Shown here in pieces: positions 10,535-20,244 of a stretch of 60,688 bases of DNA. The number at the start of each line of letters is the position of its first letter. Within the stretch, counting starts at the first letter, position 1. The stretch spans positions 1-60,688 of the forward strand of contig JAGFWP010000018.1 in the NCBI GenBank assembly GCA_017639935.1. Direction: 5' to 3'. Made by a program: the position numbers and the translations under genes. Source of the stretch: Pelagibacteraceae bacterium. GTDB taxonomy: Bacteria; Pseudomonadota; Alphaproteobacteria; HIMB59; GCA-002718135. The notes beneath the pieces are model-generated. The model saw only the letters and a list, made by a program, of their open reading frames with translations, was not told the origin of the DNA and searched no databases.

Positions 10535-11275
10535 TTGAAAAAAAGAGCTGATTCACTTTTAGTTGATAAGAAAATTACTGATTCCTATGCAAAAGCACAA
10601 GCTATGATTATGGCTGGACAAATTTCAATTAATGGAAAAAAAGTTCTTAAAAGTGGTGAATTATATGAGACTAATGCAGATGTAGTAAAAGCAAACCTGC
10701 ATCCTCAGTGGGTATCAAGAGGGGCTTCAAAATTGTTGTATGCCTTTGAGAATTTTATCATTGATGTAAAAGATTTAATTTGTCTTGATATTGGGGCATC
10801 CACAGGTGGTTTTACAGAAGTATTATTATCAAAAAAAGCTAAAAAAATTTATGCAGTAGATGTTGGAGCTAATCAATTGCATGAAAAATTAAGAAAGCAC
10901 ACCAAGGTTATAAATATACCAAAAACTAATGCTAGATATTTAAGTAAAAATATTATTTGTGATACAATTAATGTTGTAGTTTGTGATGTTAGTTTTATTA
11001 GTATGAAAAAAGTTATTGAACCATGTCTACAATTTTTAGAAAAAAAAAATGGAATAGTGATAGGGTTAATTAAACCTCAATTTGAAGCATCAAAAAATGA
11101 AATACAAAAAGGCGGGGTGATTCTTGACTCTGAAATTCATACTAGAATTTGTGAAGATTTCAACGAATGGTTCTCTTCTAAATGTAAAATGAAAGTTCAA
11201 GGAATTATTCCTAGCCCCATTAAGGGCCCAAAGGGAAATATTGAGTTTTTAATATATGCGAAAAAATATTTATAA
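10535..11275 (+). CDS. tlyA: TlyA-family rRNA (cytidine-2'-O)-methyltransferase / haemolysin A-like
   Basis: 246 aa with a TTG start, an N-terminal S4 domain, and an FtsJ-like SAM site ([15 protein letters not shown]). Confidence 0.85.
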   Translation: MKKRADSLLVDKKITDSYAKAQAMIMAGQISINGKKVLKSGELYETNADVVKANLHPQWVSRGASKLLYAFENFIIDVKDLICLDIGASTGGFTEVLLSKKAKKIYAVDVGANQLHEKLRKHTKVINIPKTNARYLSKNIICDTINVVVCDVSFISMKKVIEPCLQFLEKKNGIVIGLIKPQFEASKNEIQKGGVILDSEIHTRICEDFNEWFSSKCKMKVQGIIPSPIKGPKGNIEFLIYAKKYL

Positions 11276-12340
11276 AAAGCGCAAACAGTGATCAGCAAGT
11301 GTAGTTGCCATCATCGCCTCACCCACAGGAACGGCCCTAATGCCAACACAAGGATCATGTCTACCTTTGGTGGAAATTTCTGTTTCTTTTAAATTAGTAT
11401 TTATTGTTTTTTTAGAACTGAGAATAGAGCTTGTTGGTTTTACACAAAAACGTACTATAATATCTTGCCCAGTTGATATTCCACCTAAAATACCGCCATT
11501 ATTATTTGTTAGAAATACTGGCTTGGAGTCCTTGATTCTCATTTCATCAACATTTGAAATGCCTGATTCCAAAACACTGTTAAATCCATTCCCAATTTCT
11601 ACACCTTTTACAGCATTAATGCTCATTATCGCCTTAGCTAAATCAGAATCCAATTTATCATATACGGGCTCACCAAGACCCACAGGTATACCGTGACATC
11701 TTAATTCTATTATTGCACCCAAAGAAGTTCCTTCTTTACGAGCCTTTGTTATTTTTATTTCCCATTCATTTATTATTTTTTGATCTGGACAAAAAAAATC
11801 ATTTTTTTCAATAAAATCATTCTTCCAATTATCATAGTTTATTTTGCTATCTCCTATTTGCACCAAACCACCTATAATTTTAAAATTACTTTTTATCTTA
11901 TGTTCAATAACTTTTCTTGCAATGCCGCCAGCAGCTACTCTCATAGCGGTTTCTCTCGCACTTGATCGACCACCACCCCTATAATCGCGAATACCGTATT
12001 TTGACCAATAAGTATAATCAGCATGTCCAGGTCTAAAAATATCTTTAATTTCTGAGTAATCTTTAGATCTCTGATCCTGATTCATTATAATCAAAGATAT
12101 TGGATGACCGGTTGTAAATCCTTCAAATACACCTGATAAAATTTCAACTTGATCAGCTTCTTTTCTTTGAGAGGTATGCTTTGATTGTCCAGGTTTTCTT
12201 TTATCAAGATATTTTTGCAAATCTTTGTCATTAAGAGGAATTTTTGATGGAACGCCATCAACAACACAACCGATTGCTTTACCGTGACTTTCTCCCCAAG
12301 TTGTGAAATTAAAAATTTTACCTATTGAATTTGATGACAT
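11270..12340 (-). CDS. aroC: chorismate synthase
   Basis: 356 aa with [16 protein letters not shown], and [11 protein letters not shown] signatures. Confidence 0.97.
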   Translation of the reverse strand: MSSNSIGKIFNFTTWGESHGKAIGCVVDGVPSKIPLNDKDLQKYLDKRKPGQSKHTSQRKEADQVEILSGVFEGFTTGHPISLIIMNQDQRSKDYSEIKDIFRPGHADYTYWSKYGIRDYRGGGRSSARETAMRVAAGGIARKVIEHKIKSNFKIIGGLVQIGDSKINYDNWKNDFIEKNDFFCPDQKIINEWEIKITKARKEGTSLGAIIELRCHGIPVGLGEPVYDKLDSDLAKAIMSINAVKGVEIGNGFNSVLESGISNVDEMRIKDSKPVFLTNNNGGILGGISTGQDIIVRFCVKPTSSILSSKKTINTNLKETEISTKGRHDPCVGIRAVPVGEAMMATTLADHCLRFL

Positions 12341-13164
12341 TATTTTTCTTTGTTAAATTCACTCAAAAGTTTAGATACTTCTTCTGCTTCGTCGACTGCA
12401 ACCATTCCTACTGTATGGTATCCACAATCAACATGCTGCACTTCACCAGTTACTGCACTACCTAAGTTACTTAATAAATATAAAGCGGAATTTCCCACCT
12501 CATCTTGATTAACATTCCTTTTAAGAGGAGAATTTAACTCATTCCATCTTAAGATAAATCTAAAGTCGCCTATTCCAGAAGCAGCCAAGGTTTTAATTGG
12601 TCCGGCGCTAATTGCATTTACTCTGATATTTTTTTCTCCCAGATCTACAGCTAAATATCTAACACTTGCTTCTAAAGCTGCTTTAGCAATTCCCATAACA
12701 TTATAGTGAGGCATTACTTGCTCAGCTCCATAATAGGTTAATGTTAAAATAGAGCTTCCTTTATTCATTATTGGTTCTGCTAAACGACATGCTTCAGTAA
12801 AAGAATAGCAAGATATATGCATAGTTTGATTAAAATTTTCAAGCGATGTTTTGTAATACTTCCCTTTTAATTCTTCTTTATTAGAAAAGGCAATTCCATG
12901 GACTAAAAAATCGAGCTCACCCCATTTATTTTTTAATATTTCAAAAGTTTTTGTTATACTTGAAGAATCTGTTACATCACAAGGTATCACTATATCGGAT
13001 CCAACACTTTGGGCCAATGGAAGAACTCTTTTTTTCAAAGCCTCACCTTGATATGTGAAAGCAAGCTGCCCACCTTGTTTGGCAATTGATTTAGCTATGC
13101 CCCATGCAATTGAGCGATTATTCGCAACACCCATGATCAAACCTTTTTTATTTTTCATTAACAT
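12340..13164 (-). CDS. fabI: enoyl-[acyl-carrier-protein] reductase (NADH)
   Basis: 274 aa short-chain dehydrogenase of FabI type ([37 protein letters not shown]). Its stop overlaps the aroC start by 1 nt. Confidence 0.95.
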   Translation of the reverse strand: MLMKNKKGLIMGVANNRSIAWGIAKSIAKQGGQLAFTYQGEALKKRVLPLAQSVGSDIVIPCDVTDSSSITKTFEILKNKWGELDFLVHGIAFSNKEELKGKYYKTSLENFNQTMHISCYSFTEACRLAEPIMNKGSSILTLTYYGAEQVMPHYNVMGIAKAALEASVRYLAVDLGEKNIRVNAISAGPIKTLAASGIGDFRFILRWNELNSPLKRNVNQDEVGNSALYLLSNLGSAVTGEVQHVDCGYHTVGMVAVDEAEEVSKLLSEFNKEK

Positions 13165-13262
13165 AGCAATAATTCTTGTATATTTAGTTGTTGTAGAAGC
13201 TGATTTGTTTTTACTTGTTTTATTCTTTATATACTAATTATAATGGTAATCGTATAAAAAAT

Positions 13263-13868
13263 ATGACAGAAAAAATAAAATTAATTAATGCAAAAGAAGA
13301 TCCCATAATATTATTCAGCGAATGGTTTGAAGAAGCCAAACAAAAAGAAATCAATGTTCCAAATGCAATGAATCTTTCTACAATTTCTGAAAGTCTAATG
13401 CCAAGTTCAAGAATAGTTCTCTTAAAATCTTTTGATAATAATGGTTTTGTTTTTTATACAAATGTAGAAAGTAAAAAAGGAAATTCTATAAATTTTAATC
13501 CTCAAGTTTCATTAAACTTTTATTGGAAAAGTTTGCTTAGACAAATAAGAATTGAAGGAATAGCAAAACTAGTAGCAAATAAAGAAGCTGATGAATATTT
13601 TGAAAGCAGACCAGAAGGAAGTAAGATAGGGGCGTGGGCTTCAGATCAATCTTCTGAACTTAAAACTAGAGAAGAATTAATAAATAAAATTAAGAAATAT
13701 ACTGAAAAATATAAAAAAAAAACTATACCAAGACCTCTTTATTGGACTGGTTTTAGAGTTGAACCCCTGTTAATTGAGTTTTGGCAAGATATGCCCTTTA
13801 GACTTCATGATCGAGTTGAATATAAAAAAAATAAAAATTCTTGGTTAATTAAAAGATTATATCCTTAA
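13263..13868 (+). CDS. pdxH: pyridoxamine 5'-phosphate oxidase
   Basis: The track ORF starts at a TTG (13215). The ATG at 13263 (MTEKIKL...) gives a normal ~201-aa PdxH. Motifs seen: RIVLLK, FYTN..S.KG, IEFWQ....RLHDR. Confidence 0.9.
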   Translation: MTEKIKLINAKEDPIILFSEWFEEAKQKEINVPNAMNLSTISESLMPSSRIVLLKSFDNNGFVFYTNVESKKGNSINFNPQVSLNFYWKSLLRQIRIEGIAKLVANKEADEYFESRPEGSKIGAWASDQSSELKTREELINKIKKYTEKYKKKTIPRPLYWTGFRVEPLLIEFWQDMPFRLHDRVEYKKNKNSWLIKRLYP

Positions 13869-14309
13869 CTAATTTTCTTCTTGCCATCTTTTTAAAATCT
13901 TAGAACTAGAGTTTGACTTATATTTTCCACCAACTCCCCAAAGTGTTGTAATGTTATTTTTATCACAAAATTTTTTTTCTGAACCTGGAGATGTTTTATC
14001 ATTTCTATCCCCTCCATTTGCAAACATAATTTTGTGATTTGGATATTTGTTAATTGCTTTCCTTATTCCATCTACGCATGTTTTATCTGAGTCATCAAAA
14101 GACAAGACATCAATAACATTTTTTAATGATTTCATGATAGTTTCTCTTTCAACAAAAGGTAGAAACTCCCTCCCTTTTTTCTCTCTTAGCCATTTATCGG
14201 AATTTAATAAAACAATCACATCACCGTGTTTTGAAGCTTCTTGGATTAAATAAATATGCCCACTATGAATCGGATCAAAACCTCCGCTTACTAATACTAG
14301 TTCACGCAT
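13869..14309 (-). CDS. cytidylyltransferase-superfamily nucleotidyltransferase (HxGH type, RfaE-domain-II/TagD-like)
   Basis: 146 aa. The N-terminal GGFDPIHSGHIYLI is the (T/H)xGH nucleotidyltransferase signature. The substrate cannot be assigned from sequence. It overlaps the pyrE stop by 8 nt. Confidence 0.6.
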   Translation of the reverse strand: MRELVLVSGGFDPIHSGHIYLIQEASKHGDVIVLLNSDKWLREKKGREFLPFVERETIMKSLKNVIDVLSFDDSDKTCVDGIRKAINKYPNHKIMFANGGDRNDKTSPGSEKKFCDKNNITTLWGVGGKYKSNSSSKILKRWQEEN

Positions 14310-14952
14310 TATTTTTTCTCCAAGTTTCAGGATTATCTAAAAATATTTTTAAATTATTTATTTCTTTTTCTATAAATAATTTTTCACTAGAAATAACGTT
14401 AATTATATTTTTCCAAGTACATAGGGAATGCATTTTTATATTCATTGAAGAAAGAAGCGTTTTATTGAAATCAAAAATATCGTAATAAAAGATAACAAAA
14501 ATATCAGAAACTTCTAGTCCTGATTTTCTTAGAGTTTCAACGAACATAACCTTAGTTTCTCCATCAGTTGCCAGATCTTCAATTAAGATGGCTTTTTGAC
14601 CAATTTCATAATATCCTTCTATTTGTTTATTTTTTCCAAATCCTTTCAGCTTTTTTCTAACATAAACCATTTTCTTTTGAAGACGTTCAGATAAAAAAGC
14701 TGCATAAGGAATACCAGCAGTTTCACCGCCTGCAAGTAAATCAAACTGAAGATTATTTTCATCAAAATATTCTTTTGCATAATCAAGAATTATATTTCTT
14801 TCTTTTACGAATGAAATAATTTTTCTGCAATCGACATAAACAGGACTTTTTTGACCTGAAGTAAGAGTAAAAGGATCTTCAAAAGAGAATCTTACTGATT
14901 CAATATCAATTAAAATCTTGGCTATGATATCTCGGTAACTATTATCTTTCAT
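14302..14952 (-). CDS. pyrE: orotate phosphoribosyltransferase
   Basis: 216 aa with FTLTSGQKSPVYVDCR, the PRPP-binding loop ILIEDLATDGETK, and GGETAGIPYAAF. Confidence 0.85.
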   Translation of the reverse strand: MKDNSYRDIIAKILIDIESVRFSFEDPFTLTSGQKSPVYVDCRKIISFVKERNIILDYAKEYFDENNLQFDLLAGGETAGIPYAAFLSERLQKKMVYVRKKLKGFGKNKQIEGYYEIGQKAILIEDLATDGETKVMFVETLRKSGLEVSDIFVIFYYDIFDFNKTLLSSMNIKMHSLCTWKNIINVISSEKLFIEKEINNLKIFLDNPETWRKNNA

Positions 14953-15422
14953 TAAGTCAGAAGAGCTATGTGATCTTTAGAAAAATTGCCTGGAACAATC
15001 ATTACAGGAACTCTGAAATTTGAGAGCTCTTTGGAAACCAATGCATTAATTATTGGACCAGGATTATTTTTTTCATCAACATTGGCAGCTATGACTAGAA
15101 CATTTATATTTTTTTCTTCATCAATAAGACTTTTCATTTCTTTCATGATTTCTCCTTCACGAATTTGTAGCACAGGCATAAAGCCAGTCGACTCTTTCAC
15201 TATAGATGCTGCATATTGAAGATTTTTTTCAGCTTCTTCTCTAGCCTCATTTTGCATAATTTCAGTTACTCCTTGAGTAGTCAAAACATCAAGCGGCTCA
15301 ATAAAAGATGCAATAATAATTTTCCTATTAGTCTTTTTTGATCTTGCACAGGCGTATTGAAGAGCAACTTCCATTTCTTGAGTTTTGTCAGCGATAACAA
15401 GAATATATTTTTCTTTACTCAT
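14952..15422 (-). CDS. universal stress protein family (UspA-like)
   Basis: 156 aa with an alpha/beta Usp pattern (ILVIAD..., VLVIAAN..., VPVMIVPG). Confidence 0.7.
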   Translation of the reverse strand: MSKEKYILVIADKTQEMEVALQYACARSKKTNRKIIIASFIEPLDVLTTQGVTEIMQNEAREEAEKNLQYAASIVKESTGFMPVLQIREGEIMKEMKSLIDEEKNINVLVIAANVDEKNNPGPIINALVSKELSNFRVPVMIVPGNFSKDHIALLT

Positions 15423-16190
15423 TTATAGTCTCCTAAATATAGTTGCACCCATTAAACCCGCTAATACTGCAAACACTATACACAATATACCATAAATAGA
15501 TGGTTGGTTATGAGCAAATTGAAAAATTTTGTTACCAATTCCAGATCTTTTTATTATTAATTCCTTGTTTTTTTCACTGACTATAATTTTGTTAAGTATT
15601 TGATAAATATTTATATCATAGGACCCAGGAATCACATTGCTCGGAAAAAAGACCTTTGTTTGAAATAATTTATTATCAATAATTTTCAAATTATATTCTT
15701 TATATAAACTTGAAGTTTTTTTTATTTGGATCATGCTTTTATCCCACATCTCAAATTTATTTTGATCAGCAAAATTAAAATCTCGTTGCGTAATTAAATT
15801 AACAGCCATTTCTTCAAAGTGTAATGCTTTTCTGGTGATGGTTTCATTTGGTAAAATTTCATTGATAGGAGATGAGGATGCAATAAAAAAAATGCTTGGC
15901 AAATCCTTGTATATTATTCTTTTTGCATTAAACCAAAATCCGAATATTCTTTCTTTTTTATTAATAGCAGTATCATTTTTAGGTCCTTTTATAGTTATAA
16001 TTGTATCAAATTGAGGTTCTGTTAGTCCAAAAATAATGACTTCTTTACCGTTAAAGTTTGTTTGAATTTCTATCTTTTGATCTGATAAATCAAAATAGCT
16101 TTCATTTCCAAAAGATGATTTATTGGTAATGGTAATAGCAATAATTATAATTAAAAAAAATTTATTAGATTTATTCAGCATTATTATCAT
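15423..16190 (-). CDS. TIGR02186-like (Alph_Pro_TM) conserved alphaproteobacterial membrane protein
   Basis: 255 aa with a signal/anchor at the N-terminus and a single C-terminal TM helix ending in FRRL. The internal patterns (KKERIFGFWFN, FFPSNVIPGSYDINIY, AHNQPSIYGI) match my recollection of this family. Not verified by search. Confidence 0.55.
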   Translation of the reverse strand: MIIMLNKSNKFFLIIIIAITITNKSSFGNESYFDLSDQKIEIQTNFNGKEVIIFGLTEPQFDTIITIKGPKNDTAINKKERIFGFWFNAKRIIYKDLPSIFFIASSSPINEILPNETITRKALHFEEMAVNLITQRDFNFADQNKFEMWDKSMIQIKKTSSLYKEYNLKIIDNKLFQTKVFFPSNVIPGSYDINIYQILNKIIVSEKNKELIIKRSGIGNKIFQFAHNQPSIYGILCIVFAVLAGLMGATIFRRL

Positions 16191-16590
16191 TAACAGTTTG
16201 TTGTGACTCGATAAAAAATAACCATCTTTCGATAAAAATTCCTATTATTGCCAATATGACAACTATTGTGAAAGTAATTGTTGAAACATAATGACTAACT
16301 ATTAAATTTGGCTCTTGAATTATGCAGTATACAGGTGTGATATATGTAAATATACAAAATGTTAATCTAAATAAAAAATATTTTTGTTTATCAACACCGT
16401 TTATACTTTGTTGAACTATTCTAATAGAATACCAATATAGCAACTTAAAAATTAGTAGAACAGCAGATATAATAATAATGAAAATTGTTAAAAATATGAT
16501 TTTAACTTTAAAATAAAATAAAATCAAAAAACAGATTAATCCAGCGGCATAAGCTACATTAAAATACAAAAAAGTTGAGTCACGTTTCAT
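16171..16590 (-). CDS. hypothetical polytopic membrane protein (about 4 TM helices)
   Basis: 139 aa, strongly hydrophobic. The C-terminal motif ERWLFFIES resembles the ERWLFF motif I associate with DmsC/YnfH-like anchor subunits, but the protein is only about half their length. It overlaps the next gene by 20 nt. Confidence 0.45.
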   Translation of the reverse strand: MKRDSTFLYFNVAYAAGLICFLILFYFKVKIIFLTIFIIIISAVLLIFKLLYWYSIRIVQQSINGVDKQKYFLFRLTFCIFTYITPVYCIIQEPNLIVSHYVSTITFTIVVILAIIGIFIERWLFFIESQQTVNDNNAE

Positions 16591-16620
16591 TAATATTTAT
16601 TATTCTCTTTTTTTGTCAAT

Positions 16621-16649
16621 TTCAGAAATACCAGTATCCTTCATATAAT
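16621..16649 (+). promoter_or_regulatory. candidate sigma-70 promoter for aprM (TTCAGA-N17-TATAAT)
   Basis: The -35-like TTCAGA is at 16621-16626 and a perfect TATAAT is at 16644-16649, about 90 nt upstream of the aprM GTG. In AT-rich DNA such matches arise by chance. Confidence 0.25.
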
Positions 16650-16737
16650 TGATATGTTAAAAAAACTGCATTAAATATATACTTACTAAAATATTATATC
16701 AAATTGTGATTCAATTAAACCTAAGGAGGGATTTTTC

Positions 16738-17529
16738 GTGATAACTATCAATCCATTTTCCGAACTTTCCGAGTTTGTTCCATCCATTGTAATGCAGGTT
16801 TTTGTTGCTGCTATGATTATTTTGGTAGTAGGGGGAACGTTGCTTGATATGATTCATAAGAAAAATGTTAAATACTTTTTTGAAAATGTAAAAAAAGCAA
16901 AGAAATCAGCAACCAGAACTATTAGCGTTGGGGAAAAGGCATCAATTGTTTTTAAATCCGTTGCAAGTGATGTCCTTACCACTTCTGAATTAGATGGTAA
17001 ACGCAGACTCGCCCATCTTCTCGGTATGTATGGCACTATAGTTTTTTGGATTACTTCAATTATTATGATCTTCTGTTATTCAACACCTAAATTCGCAACA
17101 CCTTCTATTCTAGCAATATTATGGCACTTAGGAGCAATAATGACCTGTATTGGTGGTTATTGGTTTTGGTTTTTTCTCAGAGTCGATGTTGTAGCAGAAG
17201 CTAATCCTTGGTATCGCGTTGTTAGGGCAGATTTATTCATCTTATCTCTGGTTGTCACTTCTACCCTTGGTCTAATCTGGTCATACTTACAAGCTATAAA
17301 TGTATCTGGATGGGATATCGTGTTTTTTATTTTATTTAGTTTTTCTAATCTTTTACTATTTGGAGGGATCTACTGGTCTAAATTCGCCCATATGTTTTAC
17401 AAACCAGGTGCAGCTATACAGAAACGCTTAGCTGAAGCGGATGGTTCAAGAGATAATCTACCAACACCAACAGATAAGCCCAAAAAATTTGGTCTCGGCA
17501 TAAAGCGCGAAGCGCCACGACACTACTAA
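16738..17529 (+). CDS. aprM: AprM-type membrane anchor of adenylylsulfate reductase
   Basis: 263 aa with a GTG start preceded by a strong AAGGAGG (16723-16729). It has five predicted TM helices and a hydrophilic C-terminus, and lies immediately upstream of aprB-aprA. This is the aprM-aprBA arrangement described for sulfur oxidisers and SAR11. Confidence 0.7.
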   Translation: MITINPFSELSEFVPSIVMQVFVAAMIILVVGGTLLDMIHKKNVKYFFENVKKAKKSATRTISVGEKASIVFKSVASDVLTTSELDGKRRLAHLLGMYGTIVFWITSIIMIFCYSTPKFATPSILAILWHLGAIMTCIGGYWFWFFLRVDVVAEANPWYRVVRADLFILSLVVTSTLGLIWSYLQAINVSGWDIVFFILFSFSNLLLFGGIYWSKFAHMFYKPGAAIQKRLAEADGSRDNLPTPTDKPKKFGLGIKREAPRHY

Positions 17530-17580
17530 AAAATATAATGGTTAAATTTATACTAAAGAAAAAGAAAGAGAGAAAATAAT

Positions 17581-18051
17581 ATGTCAACTTTTGTATATAT
17601 GACTCGTTGTGACGGCTGCGGACACTGTGTTGATATCTGTCCATCTGATATTATGCACATTGATGAAACTATTCGACGTGCCGTTAATATCGAACCCAAT
17701 TTTTGCTGGGAGTGCTACTCCTGTGTTAAGGCTTGCCCACAAAATGCTATTGACGTGCGTGGATATGCTGATTTCGCTCCTATGGGACATAGCGTTAGAG
17801 TACTCCGTGAGGAAGAGAAAGGAACAATTTCATGGAAGGTTAAGTTCCGAAATGGCAAAGAAAAAAACTTTGTTTCTCCTATTACGACTAAGCCATGGGG
17901 CAAGCATATTCCAAAACTCGCTGATAAAGAACTGCCTGATAAAGAAGCTCTCAACTCGCAATTACTTTTCTCTGAACCAAACACACTCAACATTGAGACC
18001 GGTTTACCAGAATTGAAAAAAGAACAATTTAAAAAAGGCGTATATTACTAA
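17581..18051 (+). CDS. aprB: adenylylsulfate (APS) reductase beta subunit, two [4Fe-4S]
   Basis: 156 aa with CDGCGHCVDICP and CWECYSCVKACP ferredoxin motifs plus the AprB-specific C-terminal tail. Its stop overlaps the aprA ATG (TAATG). Confidence 0.92.
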   Translation: MSTFVYMTRCDGCGHCVDICPSDIMHIDETIRRAVNIEPNFCWECYSCVKACPQNAIDVRGYADFAPMGHSVRVLREEEKGTISWKVKFRNGKEKNFVSPITTKPWGKHIPKLADKELPDKEALNSQLLFSEPNTLNIETGLPELKKEQFKKGVYY

Positions 18052-19907
18052 TGGGTAAAATTAAGACAATTTATGAAAATTGCGATATTCTTGTTGTAGG
18101 TGGCGGTATGGCAGGTACCGGTGCAGCATTTGAAGCCAGATATTGGGGTCGTGACTTGAAGATTGTTTGTGTTGAAAAAGCTAATATTGATCGCAGCGGA
18201 GCAGTGGCTCAAGGTCTCTACGCAATTAATTGCTATATGGGGATGCAATGGGGTGAGAATCAACCGGAAGATCACGTGCGTTACGCACGTAATGACTTAA
18301 TGGGTTTGGTTCGTGAAGATCTTGGTTATGATATGGCCCGTCATGTAGATTCCACAGTACATATGTTTGACGAGTGGGGTCTACCGATGATGCGCAATAA
18401 AGAGACTGGACGCTACTTACGCGAAGGTAAATGGCAGATAATGATTCATGGAGAAAGTTACAAACCAATTGTTGCGGAAGCCGCAAAAAAATCTGCTAGT
18501 AAAATATATAATCGAATTATGATAACTCACCTGCTGATGGACGAAAGCAAAGAAAACCGAGTTGGCGGTGCTGTAGGCTTTAACATGCGTACTGGCAACT
18601 ATCACGCCTTTCGCGCCAAAGCTGTAATTGTAGCTGCTGGCGGTGCCTCGCATATTTTTAAGCCTCGTGCTGTGGGGGAAGGCATGGGAAGAACCTGGTA
18701 CGCCCCTTGGAGCAATGGTTCAGCCTATGCATTGCCAATTTCTGTTGGCGCTAAAATGACACAAATGGAAAATCGTATCGTTTTAACACGATTCAAAGAT
18801 GGTTACGGTCCAGTCGGCGCTTACTTCCTGCATCTTAAAACTTACACCCAAAATGCCAATGGAGAAAATTATGAAAAAAAATGGTATGAGCAAACTAAAA
18901 AATTGGTAGGGGAATACATCGATCACACACCTGTGCCAACATGTCTGCGTAACCATGCATTCATTGAGGAAGTTAAAGCTGGCGGGGGACCAATTCAGAT
19001 GGTTACAACGGAAGCTTTCCAAGATCCTCATCTGGAGCAAGTAGGATGGGAGAACTTCCTTGGTATGACAGTTGGACAAGCAGTTGTTTGGGCTTCTCAA
19101 AATATTGATCCAAAATATATGAATCCTGAGCTAACTACATCAGAGCCATATGTTATGGGTTCTCATGCCACTTGCTCGGGCGCCTGGGTGAGTGGCCCAG
19201 AAGATCTTTCGCCTTCTGAATATTTTTGGGGATATAACAGAATGCTCACAGTTGACGGGCTTTTTGGTGCAGGGGATACAGTTGGCGGCAGCGCCCATAA
19301 ATTCTCCTCAGGTTCTTTCACGGAAGGTCGTCTTGCTGCAAAAGCTGCAGTTAAATATATACAAGATCTAGGCGATGAAAAAATTGAAGTCAATGACGAG
19401 CAGTGCGCGGATTTTAAGAAGATTATATATAAACCTTTAGAGAACTACACTGTGGGACGTAACGAGATCACCGCAGGAACAGTTTCACCAAGTTATCTTT
19501 TACCTATTCAAGGTCTTCAACGTCTTCAGAAGATTATGGATGAATATGTTGGCGGTCTTAGCACAAACTATATGACCAATGAGAATTTACTTAAAAAAGG
19601 TTTAGAATTATTAAGCATTCTACAAGAAGATCTCGAACATATTGGAGCTGAAAATTATCACCAACTTATGCGCGCCTGGGAATTAAAACATCGCGCACTT
19701 ACTTCGCAGTGCGTGGCGGAACATACATTGTTTCGTGAGGAAACACGTTGGCCGGGCTACTACTATCGGGGTGATCATATGAAGTTGGATGATGATAATT
19801 GGCATTGCCTAACCTTATCTCGCCGTGATCCCAAGACTGGTGAATTTGTTATGGAAAAAGCACCTCTTTATCACATCGTTGAAGAAGAGAAAAATGAACC
19901 TTCTTGA
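18051..19907 (+). CDS. aprA: adenylylsulfate (APS) reductase alpha subunit, FAD flavoprotein
   Basis: 618 aa with an N-terminal FAD dinucleotide fold (DILVVGGGMAGTGAA). It belongs to the fumarate-reductase/succinate-dehydrogenase flavoprotein family and shows AprA-type motifs (GAVAQGLYAIN, RWPGYYYR). Confidence 0.95.
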   Translation: MGKIKTIYENCDILVVGGGMAGTGAAFEARYWGRDLKIVCVEKANIDRSGAVAQGLYAINCYMGMQWGENQPEDHVRYARNDLMGLVREDLGYDMARHVDSTVHMFDEWGLPMMRNKETGRYLREGKWQIMIHGESYKPIVAEAAKKSASKIYNRIMITHLLMDESKENRVGGAVGFNMRTGNYHAFRAKAVIVAAGGASHIFKPRAVGEGMGRTWYAPWSNGSAYALPISVGAKMTQMENRIVLTRFKDGYGPVGAYFLHLKTYTQNANGENYEKKWYEQTKKLVGEYIDHTPVPTCLRNHAFIEEVKAGGGPIQMVTTEAFQDPHLEQVGWENFLGMTVGQAVVWASQNIDPKYMNPELTTSEPYVMGSHATCSGAWVSGPEDLSPSEYFWGYNRMLTVDGLFGAGDTVGGSAHKFSSGSFTEGRLAAKAAVKYIQDLGDEKIEVNDEQCADFKKIIYKPLENYTVGRNEITAGTVSPSYLLPIQGLQRLQKIMDEYVGGLSTNYMTNENLLKKGLELLSILQEDLEHIGAENYHQLMRAWELKHRALTSQCVAEHTLFREETRWPGYYYRGDHMKLDDDNWHCLTLSRRDPKTGEFVMEKAPLYHIVEEEKNEPS

Positions 19908-20244
19908 GAAGACTGATGAAGAAATATTGAAGATTGCAAATCCTCTATGGGATGAACTTGTTAAATATTCCAACAACAAGGATTACGGGGGTTTTACAAA
20001 GAATTTTTCAGCGCAAATGCTCTATGGCGCAAATGAAATTGAGATAAGTAAACAGTGGACGAACAATAAATTATTAACAAGTTTATCAAAACAAAGAGAG
20101 TTTTACGGCTGTTTAAGGCGAAATAACTATGTAACAGTCCTTTACAAACAGACAAGCGATGAAGTTCCAGGAGAATTTTTAGGTCGTTTAGTATTGGGAG
20201 TAGAAGATGATAAAATTAAAATCTTTGGCGCAACAATCTTCTAA
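19894..20244 (+). CDS. hypothetical protein, 116 aa, translationally coupled to aprA
   Basis: The ATG at 19894 (MNLLEKTDEEILK...) lies 14 nt inside the aprA 3' end and is preceded by purine-rich GAAGAAGAGAAAA. The longer track ORF from 19825 would overlap aprA by 83 nt. No family recognised. Confidence 0.55.
   Translation: MNLLEKTDEEILKIANPLWDELVKYSNNKDYGGFTKNFSAQMLYGANEIEISKQWTNNKLLTSLSKQREFYGCLRRNNYVTVLYKQTSDEVPGEFLGRLVLGVEDDKIKIFGATIF

Noticed and set aside
19825-19893. The longer version of the post-aprA ORF starting at 19825 (MIPRLVNLLWKK...).
   Set aside because: It would overlap aprA by 83 nt in another frame. The internal ATG at 19894, with an upstream purine-rich tract and only a 14-nt overlap, is more plausible.
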